A stretch of 63,096 nucleotides of DNA, counting the filler, from Trichomonas gallinae (lineage: Eukaryota): the NCBI GenBank assembly GCA_008369845.1. It is 5 parts of 5 records of this genome, joined end to end, with 100 filler letters (N's around TTAATTAATTAA, not from the genome) between each part and the next. Parts side by side here need not be neighbours in the genome. Positions count along the whole stretch, not along the records: positions 1 to 31,625 come from MRSU01001483.1; 4 more parts are not named here. The stretch is one strand, 5' to 3'. A program made the translations under genes and the position numbers. The notes under the pieces are model-generated. The model saw only the letters and a program-made list of their open reading frames with translations, did not search any database and was not told the DNA's origin. Of this stretch, positions 13,201-22,238 are shown one piece after another; position 1 is the first letter of the stretch, and every line of letters begins with the position of its first letter.

Positions 13201-14889
13201 ATCTCATCATCGCAAGGCATGCAGAGAGTAGAAGCCAAACAGATGGTTTCTGAAGTTGTTGTGATTGACTTGGTTGATAAAGAGTCGATTATAACATTAC
13301 ATGGCCGTGATGTTGTTCTTGATTTCAACTCAGAAGAAATTTTCATCAAGTTGTCATCTGGTGGATTCAATCTTGAAGTCGATGAAACAATGGAATTAGT
13401 TGTTGTTCAGCCAGAGTTGTTCAAGGAGAAGTTCATAGATGATATGAAGAAATTCATCTTCAAGTGGACGCCAGCTTTAACGAGAGAATTAGTTGCGTCA
13501 TTCACTGGAGAATCATTCGAAAGCAAAGAATTCAAACCTTTCTACGAAGAAGTTAAAAGGTCAACGCTTACAATGTCTTATCCATTAGAAGTCATTTTGT
13601 TGTATGCTTTGTTGATACACAGATTCAATTATATGTGGATCAACTTCAAGAGATTTATACCAGACTCCTTCGTCAACACGTGCATGGACTTCTTGGCTAC
13701 TGCAGATACATCTAAAGACTTCATGACAAGCGTCATCTGCTCTAATGCTATGCTCCAGTCCGGACCAGATTTGAAGATCGATAGGAGATCGGCGCAGTTC
13801 TTGGTACTGAACGGCTCAGGCGACCAAAAGAAGTCAATCATCGCGCAGTTTACGAAGCAGATATCGAAGCTGCCAACATGGAGGATGCAATCAAGAGAGA
13901 GACCATGGCATGTTTCTTTCGTTGGAGAGTCAGCCATTGATGCCGGTGGCCCGAGAAAGGAGTTGTTCATAGAACTCGCTTCATCAATTTTCCAGCCAAC
14001 ATCGAATCTCTTCATTTTGTCTCCCAATGGAAGAGATCAGTGTGGAAACGCAAGAGATGTTTATATTCCATCAACAACACTTGGAAAAGAGTCACACGAA
14101 CAATACAAAGCCGTTGGCACATTCTTAGGCGTTATTGTTCGCAATGGTCTTCCGCAAGACATAAGATTTGCTCCATTCATTTGGAAGTACTTAACAGGCG
14201 CCATCATTGGCGAAAATGACATATTAATGGTCGATGAAAGAACTAAGACATTATTTGATAGGCTGAGGCAATCAAAGAGTGAATCTGATTTTACCTCGCG
14301 CTTCAAGCAGAAGTGGAACTACATATCATGGACTGGTGAAATCCTTCCTATTCCTTCTCAGCATTACACTGAGTTTGTCACTGGAGAATCTGTTGAACAG
14401 TTCATCGATGAGTTCGTTCAATGCAGAATTAACGAGGTTTCTGTTTACCTAGATTTGATTAGAGAAGGATTTGCAGTTAACATTGGCTTCTCAACACATC
14501 CATTAATGAATGCAACATTGATTTCACTTTTAGTACAAGGCTCAAACATTATAACAACTGGTCAATTGAAGCAGATCACATCATTCGATGGATTCAAACA
14601 CGAACATCAATACGTCATAGAAAACTTCTGGCAGGCAGTTGACAGAATGACAAGCGACCAACGCTCTCTACTGCTAAAATTCGCAACAACATTAACTAGA
14701 TTCCCGAACAGAGACTTAAACCCAACATTCCACATCACTGTGAAATACAACGATGGTGGCGATGAAAGGCTTCCTCACGCACAAACTTGCTTCTGCAGAC
14801 TTCATCTTCCAAAATATTCTACACCTGATATTGCTTTCAAGAAGATTACACTCGCCATAGAAAACTGCGTCACTATGGAAAACATGTAA
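7231..14889 (+). CDS. Giant HECT-domain E3 ubiquitin ligase (2552 aa)
   Basis: C-terminal HECT: FVGESAIDAGGPRKE, FWQAVDRMT, LLKFAT and LPHAQTCFCRLHLPKY with the catalytic Cys. Inr-like TCACTTCA immediately before the ATG. Confidence 0.92.
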   Translation: MGNETSANQSVRTTPYANSAEELFFQMFVVQDEKPFRSAIKYAVQSPHLMQILMTNSKILTKQEEAIQYLIDYSAGEEEQESFLKSYFHQLEISKTLMNIRLIDRNVKQLPIEQIDITNLISKSLLILFEYFFNTQTDPSIIQQVISDFNQLKPVPSMTLPIKEYLLTDNSFTGVLPIPTLVPHGMVSNGKFLFLLGSDSSIHIFPIVDTGSILPPITKTLVFQQNIASKLSYNSSGIICHCQKRFFFPFYQILSDEEEKYEAMDMKNEPIRDIQCMCTDGAVLVTIDSSLIVSVTNIETGELIHQCKLCIGKEELNIECPELMPESILVNAPVETNGSSLLFFIKITNERQFLIREFSLITGMHIHDEIIETEGAIVGATLDLIHNIHWLAVNIAGKVVVKAYQYYGTDDPFLYNLLLPPVVKEKKEHAAVLVLRDLIKILISNLGPNLYYKIDFSLEQYVPLLGQLCPIIESTTRMNNKYAQYIIEAFMLAIAKCTPVFMKEIACKKQLVFILTRLLQHSNPRFVDWGIFLVVQSFDSRTIPLDLLLQAVQKSNNALHSLFMSRLSYSNFFSLYETVGNELEKLIKQKGPYTIIHPHLFTMLLVQQRVIVREAIKELNEDAFASSKLLSHKIGRASPIDTLTEYMRIIVHQFTSDLFSYSTFPQLHESLIHHMFTNFLYLVWGVATNNTIAQFVLPLFAVLPMSMKSYFQDINMDPFSNDAAQRSFINVGFSFGIFAATLIQGGTSTVFEDKFKWLVKPNMDLCDHTDELNKILTSEITDDFVLNGESKIKALHGFWKNKFHKNLSEDVLKFERIYIALLFKSMNLQEKFEKSLKAKKLDPELSKPLDAMFTLRITIVSMLRESKPIDKILEKGRILLNMKMEFSPEDDIPKLISAYLLSEEPADTVIHLIENQKIRLALTDTGFSLVRELYKQNIHPMFNQTVSSSLSTMGNFDSLAAILRFSQSSNHVFVSEFLNMVMSINNPHLLLIVHKMLHSHLISNEEIGKFLLPLFNDLMNQPFNTRLFGICIHFVAYIPGAFQRLLDMLPNDENLLPLHLFLINDIIDTTKSCSVAVYKKLHQFALVCKSSLARNTILALASALKFVSIRRDQMKRDLTLLFEHIGKSLIEMSGLVLANEYVSFFREMMSEENSESSKIIKEILKSVNIEKSKDYQILATFALLGGNIEVVRPYCTAQIRKSLDTYSNCITDGSKTDKVFFELPFNHDTTAIQVNNFLIQPVASVEFNPIFFPEYDFILSFYAKCTERMNTMMAAVYIQSLACYMAVKDFVKIFVSSPYFDDCITRLSYCMNPFDNIQYTINNLMDITTKPQVDPYGDFGRLYNENYKSYVLMSPLLKKNSVAEVSVKSNGEFKGFIGIVEDTYTENYLYQIVHFPSNIVYPSKSSVRGNSPGNDFTFTVDEAKKTVNIGKVMIKLPKYCYNIRVVVSPDEGVVLDTILINNAAEVLDLMTPFKPEILGYNGDFENSRLYEFPEWLKMTANEARDKLNTIQELPRFEFLLTNELDENHRSTPPPNNIPLHASECTSLSKVISDSAANHILAHLITQWTSVLIMRIVMNGYAANFPIPRMMRLFSMLLTILEPLSLIDLHRGIFPFNMEVNILTPHAPVNKLNYGLSNNAITALNEISKLDAFNQNLIKYTQNLVARKEAHLLTDPLIPVIYLPYGSVNMTTNIDGKSKKADKLVVAFPSFNRSKDINVRVLSNTVPFPLASDAGSITIDFLNQDDLQNSLCALCVSKWYTSWTFGTVYEVLLLLRTLQMRKIDRVDPVFTRSMMIDLLLTQSPFAWMYSRKLLNYFSQNFLMQDNITSDYLSRLLLLATFMVYFRNKVDVQVTSFFIQEQRAMTSNLPYILAPYFPEFLTMPIDVPTAPEVRIPLPNLDFSPSEKDIHSTNLLYQNLIIPRQTFEGFPFYEIIPLWLSLIDSEDKKPFEYSKVQITRITDCRLKFTNPNLAHCRMKFSYKQNALGSSYIEISSSQGMQRVEAKQMVSEVVVIDLVDKESIITLHGRDVVLDFNSEEIFIKLSSGGFNLEVDETMELVVVQPELFKEKFIDDMKKFIFKWTPALTRELVASFTGESFESKEFKPFYEEVKRSTLTMSYPLEVILLYALLIHRFNYMWINFKRFIPDSFVNTCMDFLATADTSKDFMTSVICSNAMLQSGPDLKIDRRSAQFLVLNGSGDQKKSIIAQFTKQISKLPTWRMQSRERPWHVSFVGESAIDAGGPRKELFIELASSIFQPTSNLFILSPNGRDQCGNARDVYIPSTTLGKESHEQYKAVGTFLGVIVRNGLPQDIRFAPFIWKYLTGAIIGENDILMVDERTKTLFDRLRQSKSESDFTSRFKQKWNYISWTGEILPIPSQHYTEFVTGESVEQFIDEFVQCRINEVSVYLDLIREGFAVNIGFSTHPLMNATLISLLVQGSNIITTGQLKQITSFDGFKHEHQYVIENFWQAVDRMTSDQRSLLLKFATTLTRFPNRDLNPTFHITVKYNDGGDERLPHAQTCFCRLHLPKYSTPDIAFKKITLAIENCVTMENM

Positions 14890-15093
14890 AATTTTGTTTG
14901 TTATCAAAATATTTCATCATTATTTATATCTATTACTTTTAGAAATTTCTTTGATTTAACATCTTCACTTGTATAAAAAAAATTGTTAGAAATCATTACT
15001 CGAGAACTTTATGCATAATAAATCATATACTTTTTTTTTATAAATCATCTAATAAATTGTTTAACAATGCTTTGTAAAATCAAAAATGTGTTT

Positions 15094-15655
15094 TTATAAA
15101 TTTACATGAGAATTCAACATATTTACAATTTCATTATGACCTTTTTGCGAAGCAAAAGTCAGAGCTGTCCTATTATGTTTGTTTTTTTTCGTTGAGATCA
15201 ATTCCAGGAAATGCAATCAGAAGTTTTACAACTTCGTATTGCCCATTTTTCGGCGCAAGAATCAAAGCGGTATTGTTGTAAGTTTCTTTTGCAGTGGCAT
15301 TTATTTCGGGAATTGTGAGAAGAAGTTTCACAACTTCATGATGGCCTTGTTGTGAAGTGCAAATTAAAGCTGTGCTGTTAGATTTGGTTGCTGCGTTTAC
15401 GTCTATTCCAGGCACTGAAAGAAGGAGTTTGACAATTTCATGATAACCATATCCAGATCAAAGCCGTAAAGTTGTTCTTGTCTTTTGAGTTAATGTCAAT
15501 GATTGTTTTTGTCTGCTGCTTTGGTTAAGATGTTATCGTCATATTTGTCTGTTATGTAAACAAATTTCTCTCTGACATTAAATGATATGGCATTTTCTGT
15601 TGCTTTTCTTTCGCAAAATTTGTAGATTTTATCAAAATTCTCATCTGAAACTCAT
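15094..15655 (-). pseudogene. Ankyrin-repeat protein pseudogene with multiple frameshifts
   Basis: ATG at 15655 stops after 4 codons. Successive frames give SDENFDKIYKFCERK..., IDINSKDKNNFTALIW, YGYHEIVKLLLSVPGIDVNA...TALI...GHHEVVKLLL and NKHNRTALTFASQKGHNEIVNML, ending TAA at 15094-15096. Confidence 0.8.
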
Positions 15656-15891
15656 TTTGATATATATAAATATATTTTAGGACTACCAAAAGTAATATCC
15701 ACTTTTTAGAAAAACCTGACAATAAGATATCACCTGTAAAATATATAATATTAAATTATATGATGTAAATTGAGCTTTGCCCAAAAACTGCAAAATGTTT
15801 GCAAAATTCTTTGTTAAAACTCTAAAAAAACTTTTTTTTGCAAATAAAAATATTGTCACTTTTATATGCACGTTTAAAATTTATTAAAAAT

Positions 15892-18327
15892 ATGAATAAT
15901 GATGAGAAAGACAAATCATTCATAAGGAAGCCAATAATAGTCCAACATGAAGCAAATGAGAGTGATGAAGTATCTGATATTACTGTATTTCCGCGAAAAT
16001 TAAATTTTTTATCTTACAAAACTAATCAATTTCAAAGCAAGAAGGTGTTAATCACAAATTCATCTCAAAATAAAGTACATTATACTTTGCTAATTCCTCA
16101 AAATCTACATTTTTCATTATCAGAAACAGATATCGAGATTTTTCCAGGAAAATCTAAATCATTATTCGTAATGTATTGTCCAAAGTCACAAGGGATCTCA
16201 AATTACACGTTAAATATAGGAACAAATCAAAACACAAATATTGAAATTTCTGCAAAATGTTATGAATCGCATTTAGAAATTCCTGATCAAGATTCAAAAG
16301 CGTGGTCATTTACCATTCCATTTGATATATCTCATGAAATACCAATCAGAAACATTAGTGATGAAATTGTTCGATTTTCTACAGGTTGCAATTTTTCTGG
16401 CGTTTCTGTTGAATGTAATGAGTATCAATTGACTCCAAAAGAGAAAATAGATGTTAAAGTTTCTGTTGATGGTGATAAAATAAACTCAGCTGAATGTGAT
16501 ATAAAAATATATGATCATTTAAGTAATGTTATTCTAACACGAAAAATTTCGATTAAAAAGTATGAAATTCCGGCACAACAACAGCAAAAACCACAACATA
16601 CCGAGCAGAAGAGCATAGAAAACACTATAAGCTTGACAATGGATGATGAAGCAAACAAAAAAATTAACATAAAAGAAGACAAATCTCATGAAATAGAAAT
16701 CGAGCCAAAAGTTTTAATTTTTCCAAATATTGAAGAAGAAAACTATGTTAATCGTAAGATGATGGTTGTATGCGATGGTGATTTCCAATTAGAAGGCCCG
16801 AGATGGCTGAAATTCCCAAAAACAATTCCAAAAAATCAACTTTTTTCAGTCTTTTGTAACAAAATCAGCAAAAAATCAGTTGTTTCAAAAATCAACGCAA
16901 TTTCTGGCAATAATATTGCTTCAATTCCAGTTCTTGCTTATCATGGTAAAAACTGTGTTGAAATACCAAGAGATGTGTGCTTAAAATATTCATTCAGCAA
17001 TGAATACAAAGGAAAAATGAAATTAATAAACAAGGGAGAAATTTCTGCTTTTGTTTCAATTACAATCGACGAAAAACACATGAAAGCCAATCTATTGATA
17101 TCTAGTCCAACAGCAATAATTCCTCCTCATTCTTCCAAATCATTTGAGTTTATAATGAAAGGAATTTATCAAGGAACAAGAAAAATTCCTGTAAAAGTTT
17201 TCACTGGTGATGAAATTTTGCGACAAATTTTGTCAATAACAAATCCAAATCATTTCTTTGCGCAATCATTCAAAAATACCAACAATGAAATAGAGTTTGC
17301 TCAGCAGATTATCGATGATGTTGATCCTAAAATAGTTTTAAGCGAGTTTGAAAATAACTTAAGAGTCAATGAAATCAAAATTTACAACCAATCTTTAACA
17401 GATTCAAAGAAAGTTTTTGTAAGACCAGAAGCTTTAAATGTTCTTGTTAACAATACTTCTTACTTAACAATATCTAATCTATCATCAGACAAAGTCAATT
17501 TCACAGCTTTCGCGTTTAATCCTGCTGTTAAAGTTTATCCTTTGTCGGGAATATTGATGGGATACTCAACAGTTAAACTTTCTGTTGAATGCAGCGAAGA
17601 AGTCGAATCTACAATAGAAATACACACAAATGCAGGCAATTTCAGCATTCAAGTATCATCGGAAGACATTCCTAAGCCTAGAAACATCATAAAACAAGGA
17701 AAATATTTGTCGCCATTTTCGCTTAATGGTTCTAGAATTAATTTTGGAGTTTGCGAAATTTTGTGCTCAATCAAGAAACATGTTGTACTAAGGAATCTTG
17801 AAGACAAGAATATTGTTGTTCAGCTCAAGCTTTCATCAGAGTTCGAAAAGATAGACAAAATTATTAGAATTCCGAAAGTTATAGAATTAGATTCTCACTC
17901 GATGACAGAATTTGTCATTGAGTTTTCTCCGCTGCAAAAAGTTAAGTATGAAGCTGAAATAGAATTGGAATGCGATGGTTTTGTTGCTAATCTCGAAGTT
18001 GAAGGCTCTGGAATGTCCAAGAAGAACAGAAACAAACTTGGCTGCGAAACAGAAAATTTAGCTTTTCCAACAACAAAAGTCGGACAAACAAAAACAGCCA
18101 CTCTTAAAATATTCAACAGAACAGAAACAAAGCAAATAATTGAAGCAATAGTTCCCTATCCCTTCAATTCTCATGTTTCCAAATTTAGCATTGAGCCGAA
18201 GATGTACGTCAGATTCCCGATAGAATTCGCAGCAGTGACCTCAGGAAGTTATTCAGCAGATGTAATTTTTGCACCTCAAAACTCTCAGCATTTCGTTGTA
18301 AATGTATCAGGAAATGCCACAAATTAA
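15892..18327 (+). CDS. Tandem ASH/PapD-like Ig-domain protein, Cep192/SPD-2-like
   Basis: Likely ATG 15892, in frame with ORF 15838. Repeated beta-sandwich units (x-F...x-N...I-x-P). Motifs SIPVLAYHG, LINKGEISAFV, VFTGDEILRQ and C-terminal PFNSHVSKFSIEPKMYVRFPIEF resemble Cep192 as recalled. Confidence 0.65.
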   Translation: MNNDEKDKSFIRKPIIVQHEANESDEVSDITVFPRKLNFLSYKTNQFQSKKVLITNSSQNKVHYTLLIPQNLHFSLSETDIEIFPGKSKSLFVMYCPKSQGISNYTLNIGTNQNTNIEISAKCYESHLEIPDQDSKAWSFTIPFDISHEIPIRNISDEIVRFSTGCNFSGVSVECNEYQLTPKEKIDVKVSVDGDKINSAECDIKIYDHLSNVILTRKISIKKYEIPAQQQQKPQHTEQKSIENTISLTMDDEANKKINIKEDKSHEIEIEPKVLIFPNIEEENYVNRKMMVVCDGDFQLEGPRWLKFPKTIPKNQLFSVFCNKISKKSVVSKINAISGNNIASIPVLAYHGKNCVEIPRDVCLKYSFSNEYKGKMKLINKGEISAFVSITIDEKHMKANLLISSPTAIIPPHSSKSFEFIMKGIYQGTRKIPVKVFTGDEILRQILSITNPNHFFAQSFKNTNNEIEFAQQIIDDVDPKIVLSEFENNLRVNEIKIYNQSLTDSKKVFVRPEALNVLVNNTSYLTISNLSSDKVNFTAFAFNPAVKVYPLSGILMGYSTVKLSVECSEEVESTIEIHTNAGNFSIQVSSEDIPKPRNIIKQGKYLSPFSLNGSRINFGVCEILCSIKKHVVLRNLEDKNIVVQLKLSSEFEKIDKIIRIPKVIELDSHSMTEFVIEFSPLQKVKYEAEIELECDGFVANLEVEGSGMSKKNRNKLGCETENLAFPTTKVGQTKTATLKIFNRTETKQIIEAIVPYPFNSHVSKFSIEPKMYVRFPIEFAAVTSGSYSADVIFAPQNSQHFVVNVSGNATN

Positions 18328-18796
18328 CTTGCTCATGATTTTATAAAATAAAATTTGTTTGTATGCTTTTATTTATCATCAGATTTTTATAGCAATAACC
18401 ATCCGAAATGAATAATAATGATTGAATATTCATATTATGTTATCGACAATAATCTCAATATATTAATATTATTGAACTATTACGATATTGTTTCTCATAC
18501 TAGATAAAGTCCATCTTTATATTATTACACAAATAAATGACGAATTATTTATTTTTTATCCTAGCATCCATGATTAGGAAAAGAGATATCATTCCAATGG
18601 AATAGATACTGAGATTAAATGAAAAAAAATATCTCATTATCAACTATAGCACATAATGTAATGATTTATGCGCCAAAATTTTCCTATATTTTCCATCGGA
18701 AGAGGAAATGTAAACATGAAAATTCTTTCATGAATGAAAAAAAATTAAATGAATATAAGATACAATACAATTTTAAAAAACAATACAATACAAATA

Positions 18797-21589
18797 TTAG
18801 TTGCCATTGAGCACCTTTGATGAATGCAATATAAAGCTCGAATATTTCGGGTTTGCTTCTTTGAAGATGTTCATGATGTCTTTCTTCTTTTTCGTGAATC
18901 TCTGCGTCAAAGATTTTCCGCAGTTGAAGAAACTCCTCGAAGAATTCATAATTGTTGCAATCATTAGAATAAATGGGCAGAGTCCCTGAGCAGGCAGCAT
19001 TATAGAGAAAGTCTTCGTGAGCATCTTCTCAGTCTCCAAGACTTCATTTTGGAAAGAGACATGAGCGATATAAGGGAATCTTCCAAAATCATTCTCATTC
19101 ATCACAATCTCAACGATTGCGTTGAAGTTCCTGAATGGGATGGAATCGGGATCAGGAGACAAGCCAGTCTCATTGAGTATGACAATCATCGGGCTTCTTA
19201 TGATATTCGGGACTTTTTGCGGATGATGAACGAAGTCAGCACTTTTGCTCGTCCTGATGTTGTCCGGGATACTTAAAGCGACGTCGATCATCACCCTGAA
19301 GTTGGCTGACGGAGTTTTTATGATTTCCTCGCCGTTGCACAGGTCCCTCATAAATATCTCCCTGTTTCCTGACTCGCAGTGCCCGAACTTAGGAAAGTTA
19401 TCCTGAAGAGTCAATTGGGCGATGAAAATTCCAAATTCCATTTTGTGCGAATCCAGCTGAAGCAGCGACGAGTAATCTTCTATCAAGCGAACTGAGTCTG
19501 GGTGGCAAACAGTTATATTCATGTCTGAAACGAATTTGTGAGCTGAGTTTTCTTTATCAGCGAAATTATCATGAAAATCATACGAAATTATCTCAGATGA
19601 CGTGTTAATCAGCGATTCTTCCATCAATAGGGCTTGCTCAGTTTCCATGTCGAATATTTCCTTGGATCTATACTTAGATAACGGAATTGGTTTCGAATTT
19701 TTGCTTTTTGTCTCGAGAAGCTCTGTGAGATTTGAGGGTGGGAGTTCATACTCATTAGCATCTTGAATTATATACAAATTGCAGCCAATTGGATGCCTAA
19801 TCAATAATTTGTCTTTGTAGACTGAAAAAGTATATTTAGGAGTTGCATAGTTGTCACCTTTAATGGTTATGTCAGGATCAGCTTCCTCCAAATCTCCGCC
19901 GCCTGAAATCACTGCTAAATGCAACATTTCGAGAATTGGTAAATCTTTTCGTTTTCCGACATCTGAGTGCGAAATTTTCTCATACATGAGCTGATTGTCG
20001 GTGAAGAATGACGTGCACGAAGCAATTTGAATAAAAGAAAAAATTATTCTTGATATTTCGTTATCATCTGTAAATTTCGACTCCTTCAGTAGCTGTGTGT
20101 ATCTGTCAATGATTGTATCAACCTTTCGTTTATATTCCGTGTAAAATTCTGATCCGCAAATATTTATCGAGCTTGCAGCAGTAATCATGAACATGGAGTC
20201 AGACAGAAGAATATCCGATATCAAAAACATCCAAAAATCGTTTGATCTGCCTGTTTGGAACAAATTTAATAATGAATATAATAAACATGGCTGAGATTTC
20301 TTGGAAATTTCGAAAATCATTGATTTATAGAAATCTTCGTGCACGTAGTCTATTGAACTCGCGATATTTAGTATTGTTACTGTAGAAATCATTATTTCAG
20401 TTTTAATTTTCTCAAAAACCTTTTGTTTTGATTGATCATACTTCTGGAAGATTCCTGTGATTATAGATGTCATTTTTTGGGAGTCACAGAAGAAATCGAA
20501 CATGTTTTGGAAATAATTCTTGAAATCATCAACATAGAGGCTGAAATTTGGCCAAGTGAGTAGATATCTGTAAGAATGTAATGGAAAGAACCAATATTCT
20601 GTAATTTCACTGCCTACTGGTGCTCTTATTATGCTTAAAATGTAATTTTCTATTAATGAATCTAAATTTTCGTTATCTCCATATTTTGACTGTTCAGAAA
20701 GCTTAAACAGAGGATGGAATGTGTAGAATTGCTCGATATTCGCTTGATTATGGAAGCTTCCAAGTGGATTAAACCAATGTAAGTAATTATCGCAGATTTG
20801 TTGGATCGGATATATTGAATTTGTAAATCTATCTGTTGTAGCATACGAATATGTATATATTATCATTGAAAACGCAATTCCTTTGTATGTTTGATCGAAT
20901 TTTTCGTTAATCTGTTGAACAAAGTAATTAAATGCTGTATTTTTCGTATTAGTTGTCATTAAACTGATGATTTCTCTGTACAAAACTTCGAATTTTCGAA
21001 TCCACAATTTGCAAAAATAATCAAACTTGAATAATTTGTTAAATGCTGGTGAAAAATAGTTGTATGCGGACTCATCGTTTGGATTATATCTGCAAAACAG
21101 GTCTAAAGCCAAACTTCCGTATTTTTCAGATAATGGATCATTTTTAAGACAAAGAGTCGCGTAAAGCAAGAAATCGATCAGAATCCTTTTAATCTCGAAC
21201 GGCCACTCGAAAGAAGACAAAACGAAGATTTTTTCGATTGTTGAATGTAATTTTAGTGCGAGACTTGAATCAAATGATTTATTAGCAAAAACATTCGATA
21301 AATCCATGATTATTGTCCTTAGAACTACTTTGTCAACTGTTTTTGCGTATTTACTTAATAATTCGATGTAAAAACAGAAAGATGTGATAAAAATTTCATC
21401 ATCATACATCTGTAATCCGTATCCTGTGCACTGTAGTACCCATTTCTTTGTCAATTTCGAAGGTAAATTTTGAAAAAAATCAGCTAAGTTGTCAGAAACG
21501 TTATCTATTAATGCACTTCTAATGATTTTGGTCGCGTAATGACTCTGGAACTTAGAGAGTGCATAATACGGCTTTGTTTCCTCCAACAT
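18797..21589 (-). CDS. Hypothetical 930-aa protein, possibly divergent RalGAP-beta/Rap-GAP-like
   Basis: Long uninterrupted ORF with GTCACTTTT Inr-like element upstream. KWVLQCTGYGL, TIIMDLSNVF and LLIRHPIG resemble RALGAPB segments from memory. The gene is well supported; the family call is weak. Confidence 0.6.
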   Translation of the reverse strand: MLEETKPYYALSKFQSHYATKIIRSALIDNVSDNLADFFQNLPSKLTKKWVLQCTGYGLQMYDDEIFITSFCFYIELLSKYAKTVDKVVLRTIIMDLSNVFANKSFDSSLALKLHSTIEKIFVLSSFEWPFEIKRILIDFLLYATLCLKNDPLSEKYGSLALDLFCRYNPNDESAYNYFSPAFNKLFKFDYFCKLWIRKFEVLYREIISLMTTNTKNTAFNYFVQQINEKFDQTYKGIAFSMIIYTYSYATTDRFTNSIYPIQQICDNYLHWFNPLGSFHNQANIEQFYTFHPLFKLSEQSKYGDNENLDSLIENYILSIIRAPVGSEITEYWFFPLHSYRYLLTWPNFSLYVDDFKNYFQNMFDFFCDSQKMTSIITGIFQKYDQSKQKVFEKIKTEIMISTVTILNIASSIDYVHEDFYKSMIFEISKKSQPCLLYSLLNLFQTGRSNDFWMFLISDILLSDSMFMITAASSINICGSEFYTEYKRKVDTIIDRYTQLLKESKFTDDNEISRIIFSFIQIASCTSFFTDNQLMYEKISHSDVGKRKDLPILEMLHLAVISGGGDLEEADPDITIKGDNYATPKYTFSVYKDKLLIRHPIGCNLYIIQDANEYELPPSNLTELLETKSKNSKPIPLSKYRSKEIFDMETEQALLMEESLINTSSEIISYDFHDNFADKENSAHKFVSDMNITVCHPDSVRLIEDYSSLLQLDSHKMEFGIFIAQLTLQDNFPKFGHCESGNREIFMRDLCNGEEIIKTPSANFRVMIDVALSIPDNIRTSKSADFVHHPQKVPNIIRSPMIVILNETGLSPDPDSIPFRNFNAIVEIVMNENDFGRFPYIAHVSFQNEVLETEKMLTKTFSIMLPAQGLCPFILMIATIMNSSRSFFNCGKSLTQRFTKKKKDIMNIFKEANPKYSSFILHSSKVLNGN

Positions 21590-22238
21590 ATTAAATTAGC
21601 AGATTTTTTCTTGAAATTTCTAAAAAGTGACATGATTTTGACACAATTTGTTTGAAAAAAATTTACATGACAAATTTATTATATAATTCCCAAGCTCATA
21701 TTAGATCCTAAACAAGCTGTGTATATTGTTCGTTGACACACAAAACATTTCTATGAATAGTAACATTGATTAAAGTATGATTGCACACCTTTAGGAACCT
21801 CTATACAAAATATGATTCTTGAGAAAATAAAGATGCTGCTAAGTCTTAATCTAGTAAATTTTCATTCTCCCAATCACAATTGGCATCCACAATGATACAT
21901 GGCACCTCTATCCTTGACACGCATTATTTAATCCTTCACAAAGTCAATGTATTCGGAAAAGAACAAATTTTTTGTCAAAAATATCAATTGAGCTAAAATG
22001 TTTCATTGATAAAGATGTAATTTGTAAAACCAACTTTTTTGTTATGATTTGTTATGCAAAAACTCTAAACAAAGTCTCACAACTTATCATAACATCCTTC
22101 AGTTCGGGAATTTTTCCGCTTATTGGTTTTTTCGTACATAGCGGTTTTACCGAAAACTTTGTAAACTAAGAGGAAAAAAAGTCGTCATTTTTTTCGAAAA
22201 CAAACAAAAATAAACAACATTTATTACAAAAATAAGAA

